64,000 nt of DNA, from assembly GCA_963813535.1 (NCBI GenBank), contig CAWEZH010000002.1, forward strand, positions 1,344,001 through 1,408,000, given 5' to 3'. The position numbers were made by a program, and so were the translations under genes. Below, piece after piece: positions 28,495 through 38,080 of this stretch. A model generated the notes under the pieces. The model was given only the letters and a program-made list of their open reading frames with translations, was not told the origin of the DNA and ran no database searches. Each line of letters begins with the position of its first letter. Positions within the stretch are counted from its first letter, which is position 1. Origin of the DNA: an uncultured Chloroflexia bacterium (lineage in GTDB: Bacteria > Chloroflexota > Limnocylindria > Limnocylindrales > CSP1-4).

Positions 28495-29920
28495 CATATC
28501 GCGACGATCTCGACCGGCTCCTCTCCGCGTGGCTCGACGACCCGTATACGCCACCCGCTCCGCACTACCTCGGTCGTGTCCTGGAGCGGACCCGGCAGAC
28601 ACGACAGCGACCGGCCTGGGCCAGCCTCGAAAGGTGGCTTCCCATGGCTGACAAGGTTCTCCAACCGGCCACGTCACCGCCGCTGCGTGTGGCCTGGCTC
28701 CTGATCATCGCGGTGCTGTCTGGTGGCCCTCGTGGCCGGAGTGGCGATCGTGGGGTCGCGACCTCCTCACAGCCGAGTCCTGTCATCCCCCAGGGGCGCG
28801 TGCCGCGGTCTTCGCCTTCAGCTCGATCGTCGGTGGAGCCGACGGCGACATCTATCTCGCGCGAGCGGACGGCACCGATGTGCGCCAGCTCACCAGCGGG
28901 CCCGGGCATCGGCTGACGTCTCCCGCCTGGTCGCCGGATGGCACCCGCATCGCCTACCGCGTCTGGGAGGGCGGAAACGACTCCCTTGTCGTCATCGACG
29001 CGGGCGGCGGCAACGCGACGACACTGGCCACGATGGCCTCGAGCGCGGCGTATTGCGCACGGGGCGGCCCGGTCTGGTCACCGAGACGGGAATGACTCTC
29101 GTCTTCCCAAGCACCCGGTGTGCGCGAGTCGGTTTGACCTCTTCATCGTGCCCGGCGGACGGGTCGTCACCCGCGACGAGGCTGCTGGCCCCGGGCATGG
29201 AGGGTCAGGCCGCCGACTGGTCGCCCGACGGCGAAACAGATCGCCTTCCTGGGCAGGGACGCGACCGGCAGCGTCGGCTTCTATGTGGTCGATGCAAAAC
29301 CGGCGATGGCGCTGAGGCGGCGGGCTCCAGAGCACGTCAGCATCCTGGCCTTTGACAGCCTTGATTTCGCGAACGCCACTGGAGGAGCATGGTATCCTGC
29401 CGATGGTCACCCGACGGGACCGAGCTCGCGGTCGTCTCTGACGTGGTTGCGACCGGCGCTAGCGCCTCGGAACAAGGAACATCGTCGTGGTCAAACCCGA
29501 TGGCTCCGAGCCGAGGGTCGTCGCGAAGGCGGCCTTCAACCCCGCCTGGTCACCCGACGGCGAAGCGCATCGCCTTCCACCGCCAAGTCGACCCCTCGGA
29601 GTACTTCGACGGATCGACCGTGTACCTGCGCGGACTTGGGTCGATCGAATGCGGACGGCACCAACGAACGTCGACTCGATCCGTTGGTGGAGGGTTGCGC
29701 CCCTGCGCCGGAGTGGTCGCCCGACGGGACCCGCCTTGCGGGGGTGCTGATCGTGCCGACACCGGATGACCCCAAGCTCGGGTTCCACTACGGGGTGATG
29801 ACGGTGGACGGTGACGATCCACAGGTCGCCCTCCTTGATGGTGGGGCCGGATCCTGGCAGCCCGTCGTCGCGCCGATCCCACCGGCGCCATCGTTCGGGG
29901 TGAGCTCGCCAGCCCCTTGA
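28491..29920 (+). pseudogene. Membrane-anchored putative anti-sigma factor with PD40/TolB-like beta-propeller; multiply frameshifted (pseudogene or assembly indels)
   Basis: ATGA-coupled to the sigma gene; N-terminal DLDRLLSAWL...RQRPAW, TM helix, then WSPDG repeats spread over all three frames. Confidence 0.7.
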
Positions 29921-29938
29921 TCCGACCCTCGCGCAGTT

Positions 29939-29968
29939 CGGTGACCCCGGCTCCGGCCGGGGTCACCG
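29939..29968. terminator. Hairpin between convergent genes
   Basis: CGGTGACCCCGGC-TCCG-GCCGGGGTCACCG perfect 13-bp stem. Confidence 0.7.
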
Positions 29969-29972
29969 CGAT

Positions 29973-30965
29973 TTAGTCGATCGTGAAGGCGTCGGGGTCC
30001 TGGTAGCGGCCGGTCCGCTGGAACTCGATCTGCATCAGCACGTCGTTGAGCAATGAGGACGCCCCGAAGCGGAACCAATCCGGGCTCATCCAGCGCGGCC
30101 CGAGCGTCTCGTACAGGATCACGAGGTACTGGATGGCTTCCTTGGCCGTCTTGATCCCACCGGCCGGCTTCATGCCGACCTGCCGTCCGGTCGCCCGCTC
30201 GAAGTCGCGGATCGCCTCGAGCATCACGAGCGTCACCGGCATCGTTGCGGCGGGCGTGACCTTGCCGGTCGACGTCTTGATGAAGTCGGCCCCGGCGGCC
30301 ATCGCCAGGATCGACGCGCGGCGGACGTTGTCGTACGTCTCGAGCTCGCCCGTCTCGAGGATGACCTTCAGGTGGGCGTCGCCGGCGGCCTCCTTGACCT
30401 CGACGATCTCCTCGAACACGGCGGCGAAGTCACCCGACAGGAAGGCGCCACGGTCGATGACCATGTCGACCTCGTCGGCGCCCGCCTCGACCGCGGCGCG
30501 CGTCTCGGCCAGCTTGATGTCACGGAACGTCTGGCCGCTGGGGAACCCGGTCGCGACGCTGGCGACCTTGACGTCGCTCCCCTTCAGCGCCTCCTTGGCG
30601 TCAGCGACCATCGCCGGGTAGACGCAGATCGCCGCGACGGACGGGATCGTCGGGTCGCCAGGCTTGGGGTGCATGGCCTTGACGCACAGGGCGCGGACCT
30701 TGCCGGGCGTGTCCTTCCCCTCGAGGGTCGTCAGATCCATCATCCGGATGGCCAGGTCGAGGGCCCAGAGCTTCGATGCCTTCTTGATCGACCGCCGTTT
30801 GAGCGCGTCGACGCGCGCCTCGACGCCCACCTGGTCGACGGTCGACACGCGCCCCAGCAGGCTGCCGAGCGGGTCACCGAGTGAGCGCGTTCGACCGTCC
30901 CACGCGCGGATGAGCTCGTTGGCGCGCTGACGCGCGAGGGTGTCGGGTGGCTTGGTCGCGGTCAT
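29973..30965 (-). CDS. deoC: Deoxyribose-phosphate aldolase
   Basis: MDLTTLEG, VATGFPSG, GADEVDMV, LKVILETGEL, DFIKTSTGK, KPAGGI, RFGASSLL. Confidence 0.93.
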   Translation of the reverse strand: MTATKPPDTLARQRANELIRAWDGRTRSLGDPLGSLLGRVSTVDQVGVEARVDALKRRSIKKASKLWALDLAIRMMDLTTLEGKDTPGKVRALCVKAMHPKPGDPTIPSVAAICVYPAMVADAKEALKGSDVKVASVATGFPSGQTFRDIKLAETRAAVEAGADEVDMVIDRGAFLSGDFAAVFEEIVEVKEAAGDAHLKVILETGELETYDNVRRASILAMAAGADFIKTSTGKVTPAATMPVTLVMLEAIRDFERATGRQVGMKPAGGIKTAKEAIQYLVILYETLGPRWMSPDWFRFGASSLLNDVLMQIEFQRTGRYQDPDAFTID

Positions 30966-31073
30966 GGGACGGAGAGGATACCGCTAGGATCGAGCAGCGC
31001 CCACCGGGAAACCGCGCCGGCCCGGTTCGGCGTAGCGTCCGGCATACGAGGTGGTGACGAAGGAGGGCCCTGG

Positions 31074-31544
31074 ATGGATCGACGACGGCTCGTGGCGCTG
31101 GCAGGTGGATCGGCGCTCGTGATCGTGATCGGTGCCGGGACGGCGCTGGCCGCTGATCGGTCCGTCGCGATCTCCGGTTTCACCTTCTCGCCACGGACGG
31201 TGACCGTGAACGTCGGCGACACCGTCACCTGGACCAACAGCGACGCCCAGGCCCACACGGCGACGTCCGGGAGTGCCTGGAGCACGGGAGACATCGGCAA
31301 CGGCGAGTCGGCGTCGATCACGTTCTCGACGGCGGGTACGTTCGACTACATCTGCGCCATCCACCCGACCATGACCGGCACGGTCGTGGTCAGTGCCGGA
31401 GGCGCACCGCCGACCGATACCCTGGCCGCCTCCGGACAGGACGCCGGCACACCCTTGCCCACCACCCTGGCGCTGCTCGGTCTGGTGACGCTCGTCGCGG
31501 CCCTCGTTGCCGGCCACCATCTGCGGGGTCGGGCGACCGACTGA
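31074..31544 (+). CDS. Plastocyanin/amicyanin-like blue copper protein with C-terminal membrane anchor
   Basis: Signal peptide; FSP..VTV.VGDTVTWTN, AHT, YICAIHPTM (His/Cys/His/Met type-1 Cu site); C-terminal PPTDT + TM + basic residues. Confidence 0.85.
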   Translation: MDRRRLVALAGGSALVIVIGAGTALAADRSVAISGFTFSPRTVTVNVGDTVTWTNSDAQAHTATSGSAWSTGDIGNGESASITFSTAGTFDYICAIHPTMTGTVVVSAGGAPPTDTLAASGQDAGTPLPTTLALLGLVTLVAALVAGHHLRGRATD

Positions 31545-31554
31545 CGTGACCTCG

Positions 31555-33675
31555 TCAGCGGCCTCCGCGCACCTTCGGCAGCGGCGGCATCGTGTGCTTG
31601 CCGTCGACCAGGAAGTGGCGGAACCAGTCGAGGACGATCCGCAGGTTCTCGATCCGTCGGAACGGGGTACCGGAACGGGTCAGCTCGTGGGTCTCCTCGG
31701 GCACACGCAGCAAACGGACCGGGCGTCGCAGCGAGCGCAGCACGGTAAAGAGGGCCTCGGCCTGTCCGACGGTCGTCCTGATATCGCGTTCGGAGTGCTG
31801 GATCAGCAACGGGGTGTGGATGCGGTGCGCGTACGACACCGGTGAGATCTCCCGGAAATAGGCCGGGTCACTCCAGGGCGTTGCGTCGAACTCGAGCATC
31901 GCCCAGTCGCCGCCACTGATGTCGCCCGTCAGGAACAGCATCGACATGTCGCTGACCGAGCGACAGGTCATCGCGGCGCGAAAGCGATCGTCGTGGGCGA
32001 TGATCCAGTTGGTCAGGTAACCGCCATACGACCCACCGGTCAGCCCGAGGCGGTCCGGATCCGCCAGGCCCTCGGTCACGAGCGCATCGACGCCTGCGAG
32101 GACGTCGCGCATCGGCCCCTCGCCCCAATCCCGGTGGTTCCCGTCGTTGAAGTCCTGTCCGTAGCCCTCCGAGCCGCGCGGGTTGCAAAAGAAGACGCCG
32201 ATGCCCGCCGCCGCGAGGACCTGGAACTCCCAGAGCGGCGACCAGCCATACAGCGAATGCGGGCCGCCATGGATCTGGGTGACGAGCGGACCGGGTTTGC
32301 CACCACCCGCGACGAACCAGCCCTGGATGGATCGGCCTTCGACCTCGGATCGGCGTTCGACAGGTTCGATCAGCGTCAGCTCGTCGAGCACCTCGCGGTT
32401 GAACGCCGTCAGGCGACGAGGCGTGCCATCGCCATCGTTGAGCCATAGCTCCGGAGGCTCGGTCGGCGTCGAGCGGAGATAGGCGTACCGCGTCCGCCGG
32501 CCCTTCGCCACTGAATCGAATGACGAGATGTGGTGGCGATCGGTCGTCAGCCGGCGGACCGCCCCGTCGGCGGTGGAGATGCGCCACAACTCATAGCTGC
32601 CGTCGATCGGCGCGGTGAAGTCGATGCTTCGCCCGTCGGGCGATGGCCGAAGTCGGGCGATCTCGCCACGAACGATGTCGCTCGCGACGCCCGCGCCGGG
32701 CATCAAGTCGTGTCGACCCGAGATGTCACGACCACCGTCCGCGTGCGCCTCCGAGCCGTCGGCCGGGAACAGCCAGACGTCGTACCGGCTTCCGCCGCGC
32801 CCCTCGAGCTTGTTGCCGAGCGTCGCGATCGTCTTCCCGTCGGGAAGCCACGTCGGGGTGCCGAACATCGATCGCGGTCCAGCCGTGACGGCATGGACCG
32901 CGCGCGTGCTGACATCGACCACGTGGATGGCCGGCCGCAGGGTCAGGTCGTGGTCGCGATGACGCTCGGACACGAACGCGATGCGCGTGCCGTCCGGCGA
33001 CCACGCTGGCTCCGTGTCCGATACGGGGCCATCGGTGAGGCGTGTCGCGGCGCCCGTCGCCACGTCGACCAGCCAGAGGTGGCGGATGCGGTCGTACTGG
33101 AAGCCCGGGCCGTTGAGCATGTAGTTGAGCCGATCGATGAAGCGATAGTCCGATTCGGGCGGCTCGTCGGGCCTCGGCTTGCGTCCCGTCCCGCGCTGAC
33201 GCGCGTCCTCGTCGTGGGTCGCGCCGTGGGATGTCGATACGACCACAAGCCGCCGGCTGTCGGGTGACCATTCGAAGGCCTCCACACCGCGCGGCAGGTC
33301 GGTCAGCCGGCGCGCCTCGCCCGGTCCGTCGAGCGGCAGCACATGGACCTGGTCCTTGTCCTCGCGATCCTTGCTCTCCTTGGGTCGCGACGGTTCCTGC
33401 TCGGCCTGCAGCCGCCGGTCGGAGATGAACGCGAGCGAACGGCCGTCAGGCGAGAACCGGGGATGGTGGTCGTTGCGTGTGCCGATGGTCAGCTGACGAG
33501 GCGGGCCGTCGGCGGCCTGGTCGGTCGGGATGAGCCATACGGCCTGTCGGTAGCCGTCGAACGTCGGGGCGACGCTCTGGAGCGTCACGACCGCCCATCG
33601 GCCTTCCGATGAGAGGCGGGGTTCGGTCGCGACGCGCAGCCGATAAAGGTCATCCGGTCGAGGGGCTCTGGGCAC
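31555..33675 (-). CDS. S9-family peptidase (dipeptidyl/acylaminoacyl peptidase)
   Basis: WSPD propeller repeats; IHGGPH, NPRGSEGYG, GGSYGG, HSERD, ETHEL catalytic motifs. Confidence 0.92.
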   Translation of the reverse strand: MPRAPRPDDLYRLRVATEPRLSSEGRWAVVTLQSVAPTFDGYRQAVWLIPTDQAADGPPRQLTIGTRNDHHPRFSPDGRSLAFISDRRLQAEQEPSRPKESKDREDKDQVHVLPLDGPGEARRLTDLPRGVEAFEWSPDSRRLVVVSTSHGATHDEDARQRGTGRKPRPDEPPESDYRFIDRLNYMLNGPGFQYDRIRHLWLVDVATGAATRLTDGPVSDTEPAWSPDGTRIAFVSERHRDHDLTLRPAIHVVDVSTRAVHAVTAGPRSMFGTPTWLPDGKTIATLGNKLEGRGGSRYDVWLFPADGSEAHADGGRDISGRHDLMPGAGVASDIVRGEIARLRPSPDGRSIDFTAPIDGSYELWRISTADGAVRRLTTDRHHISSFDSVAKGRRTRYAYLRSTPTEPPELWLNDGDGTPRRLTAFNREVLDELTLIEPVERRSEVEGRSIQGWFVAGGGKPGPLVTQIHGGPHSLYGWSPLWEFQVLAAAGIGVFFCNPRGSEGYGQDFNDGNHRDWGEGPMRDVLAGVDALVTEGLADPDRLGLTGGSYGGYLTNWIIAHDDRFRAAMTCRSVSDMSMLFLTGDISGGDWAMLEFDATPWSDPAYFREISPVSYAHRIHTPLLIQHSERDIRTTVGQAEALFTVLRSLRRPVRLLRVPEETHELTRSGTPFRRIENLRIVLDWFRHFLVDGKHTMPPLPKVRGGR

Positions 33676-33796
33676 GGGCAGAGTCTATCGGCCCCGACTG
33701 ACGTGGCGGGAAGGCGGCTCCGAGCGGGACGCACGCCGCCCCGACCGATGGTCGAGGTGATCCGGCTGGCTGGGCGGGTCTACCATCGGCGGGACG

Positions 33797-34543
33797 ATGA
33801 CGCACCAGCTCGCCCTGCCACTCGACGCCACGGCGGATCGATTGCCCGATCTCCCGGAGCTGCGGCCGATGCTCGCGCGGCCCCTGCTGGACGCGTTCGA
33901 TTCCGATGAGCACCTGTTCGAGCCGTGGTGGGGCGGGACGCGGGCCCTGGTGTCGATCGGACCGTCGGAGCACCCGGGCGTCGGCGATGTCCGCGTGATC
34001 GATGCCGACGGCATCGATCGGACCGCAGTGCTCCCCGAGCTGGCTGGTACGGCCGTTCGCGTCGCGGCGCGCTCGGCGATCCTCGACGGCGAACTGGTCG
34101 TGGTCGATGCCGAGGGTCGCGCCGACGAGACCGCCCTCGCGCGTCGCCTCGATGGGAAGGCCGGTCGGCCCGTGGCGTTCCTCGCCTTCGACCTGCTCCA
34201 CATCGACGGGAAGTCGCTGATCGGTCAGCCGTTGATCAAGCGCCGCGAGATCCTGCGTCGCGTCCTGCGGCCCGGGGATGAGGTGGTCGCGGTGCCCGCG
34301 ATCGCGACCGAGGGCCGCGCCCTCTTCGATGCCATCGTCGCCCAGGGCCTGGCCGGGATGATGGCCCGCCAACGCCTGGGGCCGTACCTCCCCGGGATCC
34401 GGAGTCGGCTGTGGCGGTTCATCCCCGCCATCGAAGGCTCGGTGCCGGCCGCGGAGCTGGCGGAGGCGCCTGAAGAGCCGACCTCCGCGACCGCGCCTGT
34501 GCTGGCGATGCTCAGTCGGCTGCCGCTCGAGGACGAGGCCTAG
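33797..34543 (+). CDS. ATP-dependent DNA ligase adenylation-domain homologue, catalytically degenerate
   Basis: PMLA, ILDGELVV, AFDLL.IDG, PL..RR and Y.PG.RS..W are retained, but motif I reads EPWWGG instead of E.K.DG. Confidence 0.75.
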   Translation: MTHQLALPLDATADRLPDLPELRPMLARPLLDAFDSDEHLFEPWWGGTRALVSIGPSEHPGVGDVRVIDADGIDRTAVLPELAGTAVRVAARSAILDGELVVVDAEGRADETALARRLDGKAGRPVAFLAFDLLHIDGKSLIGQPLIKRREILRRVLRPGDEVVAVPAIATEGRALFDAIVAQGLAGMMARQRLGPYLPGIRSRLWRFIPAIEGSVPAAELAEAPEEPTSATAPVLAMLSRLPLEDEA

Positions 34544-35862
34544 GAGCCCGTTCGACGTGCGGCGGCGATGAAGCCCCGCAGACCCGGGCGCTGACCGTAG
34601 AGCAGCACACCGGTCGCGTAGATCCTGACCGTGACGACCGACACGAGCGCGATGGTCACGAGGAGGATCGTCACCGACAGGGCGACCTCCCACGGCTGGA
34701 CGTCGCTGACCATCAGCCGGGCGAGCATCGCGAACGGGCTGAACGGCGGGATGAACGATGCGAGCCGTCCCAGCACGCCTCCGCCCCCGAGCAGCACCAC
34801 GAGGGCCGAGAGATAGCCGGCCATCGCCACGAGGCTGAGCGGCAGCGACAGCGTCTGGAGATCGTCCGGACGGCTGACGAACGATCCGACCGCCGCGTAG
34901 ATCAGGGCGAACAGCGCGAAGCCGAGCAGGAAGAACACGCCGTACGCGCCGAGCAGGCCGATCGTGAGCCCGCCGGTCGGCAACCCGGCACCGCCAGGCC
35001 CGAGGAGCGCGCGAGCGATGTCGTCCTGGAACGCCAGGACGAGCACAGCCGGCGTCGCGATGGCGACGTACTGCGTCAGCCCGGCACCGCCGATGCCAAG
35101 GACCTTGCCGACGAGCAGCTGGCGCGGCGACGCCGCGCTGATCATCAGCTCCATGACCCGGCTGCTCTTCTCGGTGGCGACTCCCGTCGCCACCCACATC
35201 CCGTAGATCAGGATCGTGATGAACATGAGGATGAGGAAGACCGTCCCGAGGAAGCCACGACTGGCGATGACCACGGCATCGACCTGGCGGCCGCCCTCGG
35301 TCGGTCCGCCGAGCGGCGCCGTGTTGAAGGTCGGCGTTCGGAACGTGCCATCCGTCGAGCCCGGCGGCAACGAGCTCGTCCAGTCGAGGATGGCCACGGA
35401 CAGTGCCGTGAACCCGGCGAGCTGGCTTCGAACACCGTCAGGCGGTCCGGCTGTGTGGTAGGTGACGTCGAGGCTGTCATCGTCAAGCCGCACGACCTCG
35501 ATGATCCCGTCCAGCCGGCCGGCGGCGAGCTGCTGGATCGCCAGGTCACGATCAGTCGCCCGCTCGATCCGGTACGGGGGTGTCCACTCCCCGGCGGCGA
35601 CGCCGGGCGGTGGCACGTTCATGATCCCGTCCGCCGCTGCGATGGTCCCGACGGCGAGTCGCTCCTCGTCGGCGATGATCGCGATCCGGTCGACCGTCGA
35701 GCGGTCGAGGTAGCGGATGACGATCGGGGTGAGTGCCACGCCGACGGCGAGGGCCATCAGGACCAGGGTCGAGATCCGGAACAGCGGACTTCGGACGCGG
35801 TCGACGTATTCGCGCCGCGCGACGATGCCCGCGTTCGGCAGGAGCGGCTCGTCACGGGCCAT
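34540..35862 (-). CDS. ABC-2 exporter permease (NatB/YhaP-like)
   Basis: ARREYVDRVRS, VATEKSSRVMELMISA, GKVLG, PPFSPFAM motifs. Confidence 0.88.
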   Translation of the reverse strand: MARDEPLLPNAGIVARREYVDRVRSPLFRISTLVLMALAVGVALTPIVIRYLDRSTVDRIAIIADEERLAVGTIAAADGIMNVPPPGVAAGEWTPPYRIERATDRDLAIQQLAAGRLDGIIEVVRLDDDSLDVTYHTAGPPDGVRSQLAGFTALSVAILDWTSSLPPGSTDGTFRTPTFNTAPLGGPTEGGRQVDAVVIASRGFLGTVFLILMFITILIYGMWVATGVATEKSSRVMELMISAASPRQLLVGKVLGIGGAGLTQYVAIATPAVLVLAFQDDIARALLGPGGAGLPTGGLTIGLLGAYGVFFLLGFALFALIYAAVGSFVSRPDDLQTLSLPLSLVAMAGYLSALVVLLGGGGVLGRLASFIPPFSPFAMLARLMVSDVQPWEVALSVTILLVTIALVSVVTVRIYATGVLLYGQRPGLRGFIAAARRTGS

Positions 35863-36809
35863 CAGGCCGCGTCCTCCTCGTCCACGATCGGCTCTTCGTC
35901 CTCGTCGGACGGTCGACCGACCAGCTCGATGAAGATCGCCTCGAGCGACGGCTCGGCGACCTCGAAGCGCGTCACGTTCGCACCACGCTGGAGCGCAGCC
36001 GCGAGCACGTCGCGGGGCTCCACGCTCGCCCGAAGCTCGAGCTCGGCGAAGCCGGCCCCGGGTCGGATCGCGGCGACGCCGTCGATCGTGCCGAGCCATG
36101 TCGGCAGGATCTCGCCCTCGATGCCCAGGCGGACCGTGCGGGCGCGCGAGCCTCGTTTCAGCTCGCCCAGCGTTCCGCCGGCGACGAGCCGGCCGTGGTC
36201 GACGATGACGAGCGACTCACAGAGCGCCTCGGCGACCTCCATCTGGTGGGTCGAGAAGACGATCGTCCGGCCCTCGTCGCGGAGCTCGACGAACGCATCG
36301 CGCAACAGGGACAGGTTGACCGGGTCGAGTCCGGTGAACGGCTCGTCCATGAGGAGGACCTCGGGGCCATGCAGGATCGCGGCGATGAACTGGACCTTCT
36401 GCTGGTTGCCCTTGCTGAGCTCCTCGGCGCGTCGATCCGCGAGGTCCGTGATCCGGAAGCGCTCGAGCCAGTACTCGGCCTTGGCCATCGCCCGGTCGGA
36501 TCGCTCGCCGTACAGGCGCGCGAAATACACGAGCTGCTCGATCACCGTCAGACGCGGATAGAGCCCACGCTCTTCGGGCAGATAGCCGAACGTGCGTCGC
36601 GGCAGGTCCGGGGCCAGCGTGCCATCCCAGCGGACCTCGCCCTGGTCGGCACGCAGGATCCCAAGGCAGATGCGCATCGTCGTGGTCTTCCCGGCGCCGT
36701 TGGCGCCGAGGAAACCGAAGATGCGCCCCTTCGGCACGCTGAACGCGAGCTGATCGAGCGCGACGGTCTGTCCGAACCTCTTGGTGACGCGGTCGATCTC
36801 GAGGGTCAT
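35862..36809 (-). CDS. ABC exporter ATP-binding protein (NatA/YhaQ-like)
   Basis: GANGAGKTT, GYLPEERGLYP, LSKGNQQK, LLMDEPF, C-terminal EPSLEAIF. Confidence 0.92.
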   Translation of the reverse strand: MTLEIDRVTKRFGQTVALDQLAFSVPKGRIFGFLGANGAGKTTTMRICLGILRADQGEVRWDGTLAPDLPRRTFGYLPEERGLYPRLTVIEQLVYFARLYGERSDRAMAKAEYWLERFRITDLADRRAEELSKGNQQKVQFIAAILHGPEVLLMDEPFTGLDPVNLSLLRDAFVELRDEGRTIVFSTHQMEVAEALCESLVIVDHGRLVAGGTLGELKRGSRARTVRLGIEGEILPTWLGTIDGVAAIRPGAGFAELELRASVEPRDVLAAALQRGANVTRFEVAEPSLEAIFIELVGRPSDEDEEPIVDEEDAA

Positions 36810-36949
36810 CGCGCCGGAGGATAGTCCCGGCCGCGTTGGTACGCCGCTGGGCCGATGGTCCGGGTGGGGTCCGGTGTGGTCCGGGGCGGACGACGCCACC
36901 GGATCGGGACTCGCAGGTCCGCGCATCGGGGTGCGACAATCGCAGCCTG

Positions 36950-37315
36950 ATGACGGACACCGCAGGACCCGCAGCACCGCCGTCGGCGAGCGCCACCACG
37001 CCGACGCGCATCCACGCGGACAGGGCGGCCGGCACGCTCGAGATCGAGTGGGCCGATGGGCACATCACCATCTACGCATTCGAACCGCTGCGCTGGCTGT
37101 GCCCGTGCGCCTACTGCCGCGGCGAGGCGGGGATGCCCGGCTGGCTCGACAGCGCGCCGACGCTCTCCCCGGAGCAGATCCGCCTGACGGACCTCCATCT
37201 CGTCGGCAACTACGCGGTATCCCCGCATTGGGCCGACGGCCACAAGACGGGCTACTACCCGTTCCGCCTCCTCCGGGATCGATGCCCGTGCCCGCGAGTG
37301 CACTGCGCGACGTGA
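36950..37315 (+). CDS. DUF971 / gamma-butyrobetaine hydroxylase N-terminal-like protein (probable 1-nt indel near 37293; true end likely 37382)
   Basis: LEIEWADGH, LRWLCPCAYC, VGNYAV...WADGHKTGYY. Confidence 0.8.
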   Translation: MTDTAGPAAPPSASATTPTRIHADRAAGTLEIEWADGHITIYAFEPLRWLCPCAYCRGEAGMPGWLDSAPTLSPEQIRLTDLHLVGNYAVSPHWADGHKTGYYPFRLLRDRCPCPRVHCAT

Positions 37316-37378
37316 ACGAGGAGAAGCGACCGCTGGTAGCGCCCGTCCTGCGGCAGCCGGCACCCACGAGGAGCATCG

Positions 37379-37735
37379 ATGATCGTCGTCACCACGCCAT
37401 ATCTCCCCGGCCATCGCATCACCGAGAGCAAGGGGATGGTCTTCGGACTCGTCGTCCGCAGCCGCGGGCTCGGCGGCAACCTGATGGCGGCCCTCCGCTC
37501 GCTCGGCGGCGGCGAGATCCACGAGTACACGAGCCTGCTGGAGGACACGCGCCGGCAGGCGCTCGACCGCCTCGTCCGCAATGCGACGGTCGCCGGTGCC
37601 AACGCGATCGTCTCGATGCGCTTCGACTCGTCGGAGCTGTCCGGGACGATGTCCGAGATCGTCGCGTACGGGACGGCCGTCATCGTCGAAGCCGACGCCG
37701 GCGCCACGGTGTCCTCGTCCACGGTGGTCGACTAG
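37379..37735 (+). CDS. YbjQ/UPF0145 family protein
   Basis: MIVVTT...GGEIHEYT..LE..R..AL...GANAIVSMRFD...AYGTAV. Confidence 0.9.
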   Translation: MIVVTTPYLPGHRITESKGMVFGLVVRSRGLGGNLMAALRSLGGGEIHEYTSLLEDTRRQALDRLVRNATVAGANAIVSMRFDSSELSGTMSEIVAYGTAVIVEADAGATVSSSTVVD

Positions 37736-38080
37736 ATGGGCGCCGACCTGACCCGCCTCCTCGTCCTTGGCATCGGCCTGGTCCTCACCGTCCTCGGGCT
37801 GTCGCTCGTGGGCTCGCAGCAGAGCACCGGCCTGTACCCGCTGTTCATCGGCCTGGCGCTGATCGTGGCGGCCGTGATCGAGCGGGTGCGCTACCGCTCG
37901 AGCGAGGCCGAGCTCAGCGCGGAACGACCGGGGCCGGGTGGCGGGGAACCGCCGGGTGTCTCCCTGGATCCACGCTTCCAGCCCACCGAGGAGCGTTTCG
38001 AGGATCCGACCACCGGCGTCAGGATGCGCGTCTGGCTCGACCCGGCCGCCGGCGAACGGCGGTACGTCGCCGAGGAATGA
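37736..38080 (+). CDS. Hypothetical membrane protein
   Basis: Two TM helices, then FQPTEERFEDPTTG..MRVWLDP..GERRYV; abuts the YbjQ stop. Confidence 0.7.
   Translation: MGADLTRLLVLGIGLVLTVLGLSLVGSQQSTGLYPLFIGLALIVAAVIERVRYRSSEAELSAERPGPGGGEPPGVSLDPRFQPTEERFEDPTTGVRMRVWLDPAAGERRYVAEE

Noticed and set aside
28900-29740. Recurrent TGGTCGCCCGACGG-like repeats as a possible CRISPR or DNA repeat array
   Set aside because: They encode WSPDG propeller repeats, are degenerate and are irregularly spaced
33797-34543. Functional NHEJ ligase (LigD/LigC) call
   Set aside because: Catalytic lysine, OB domain and Ku partner are missing; reported as a pseudo-enzyme instead
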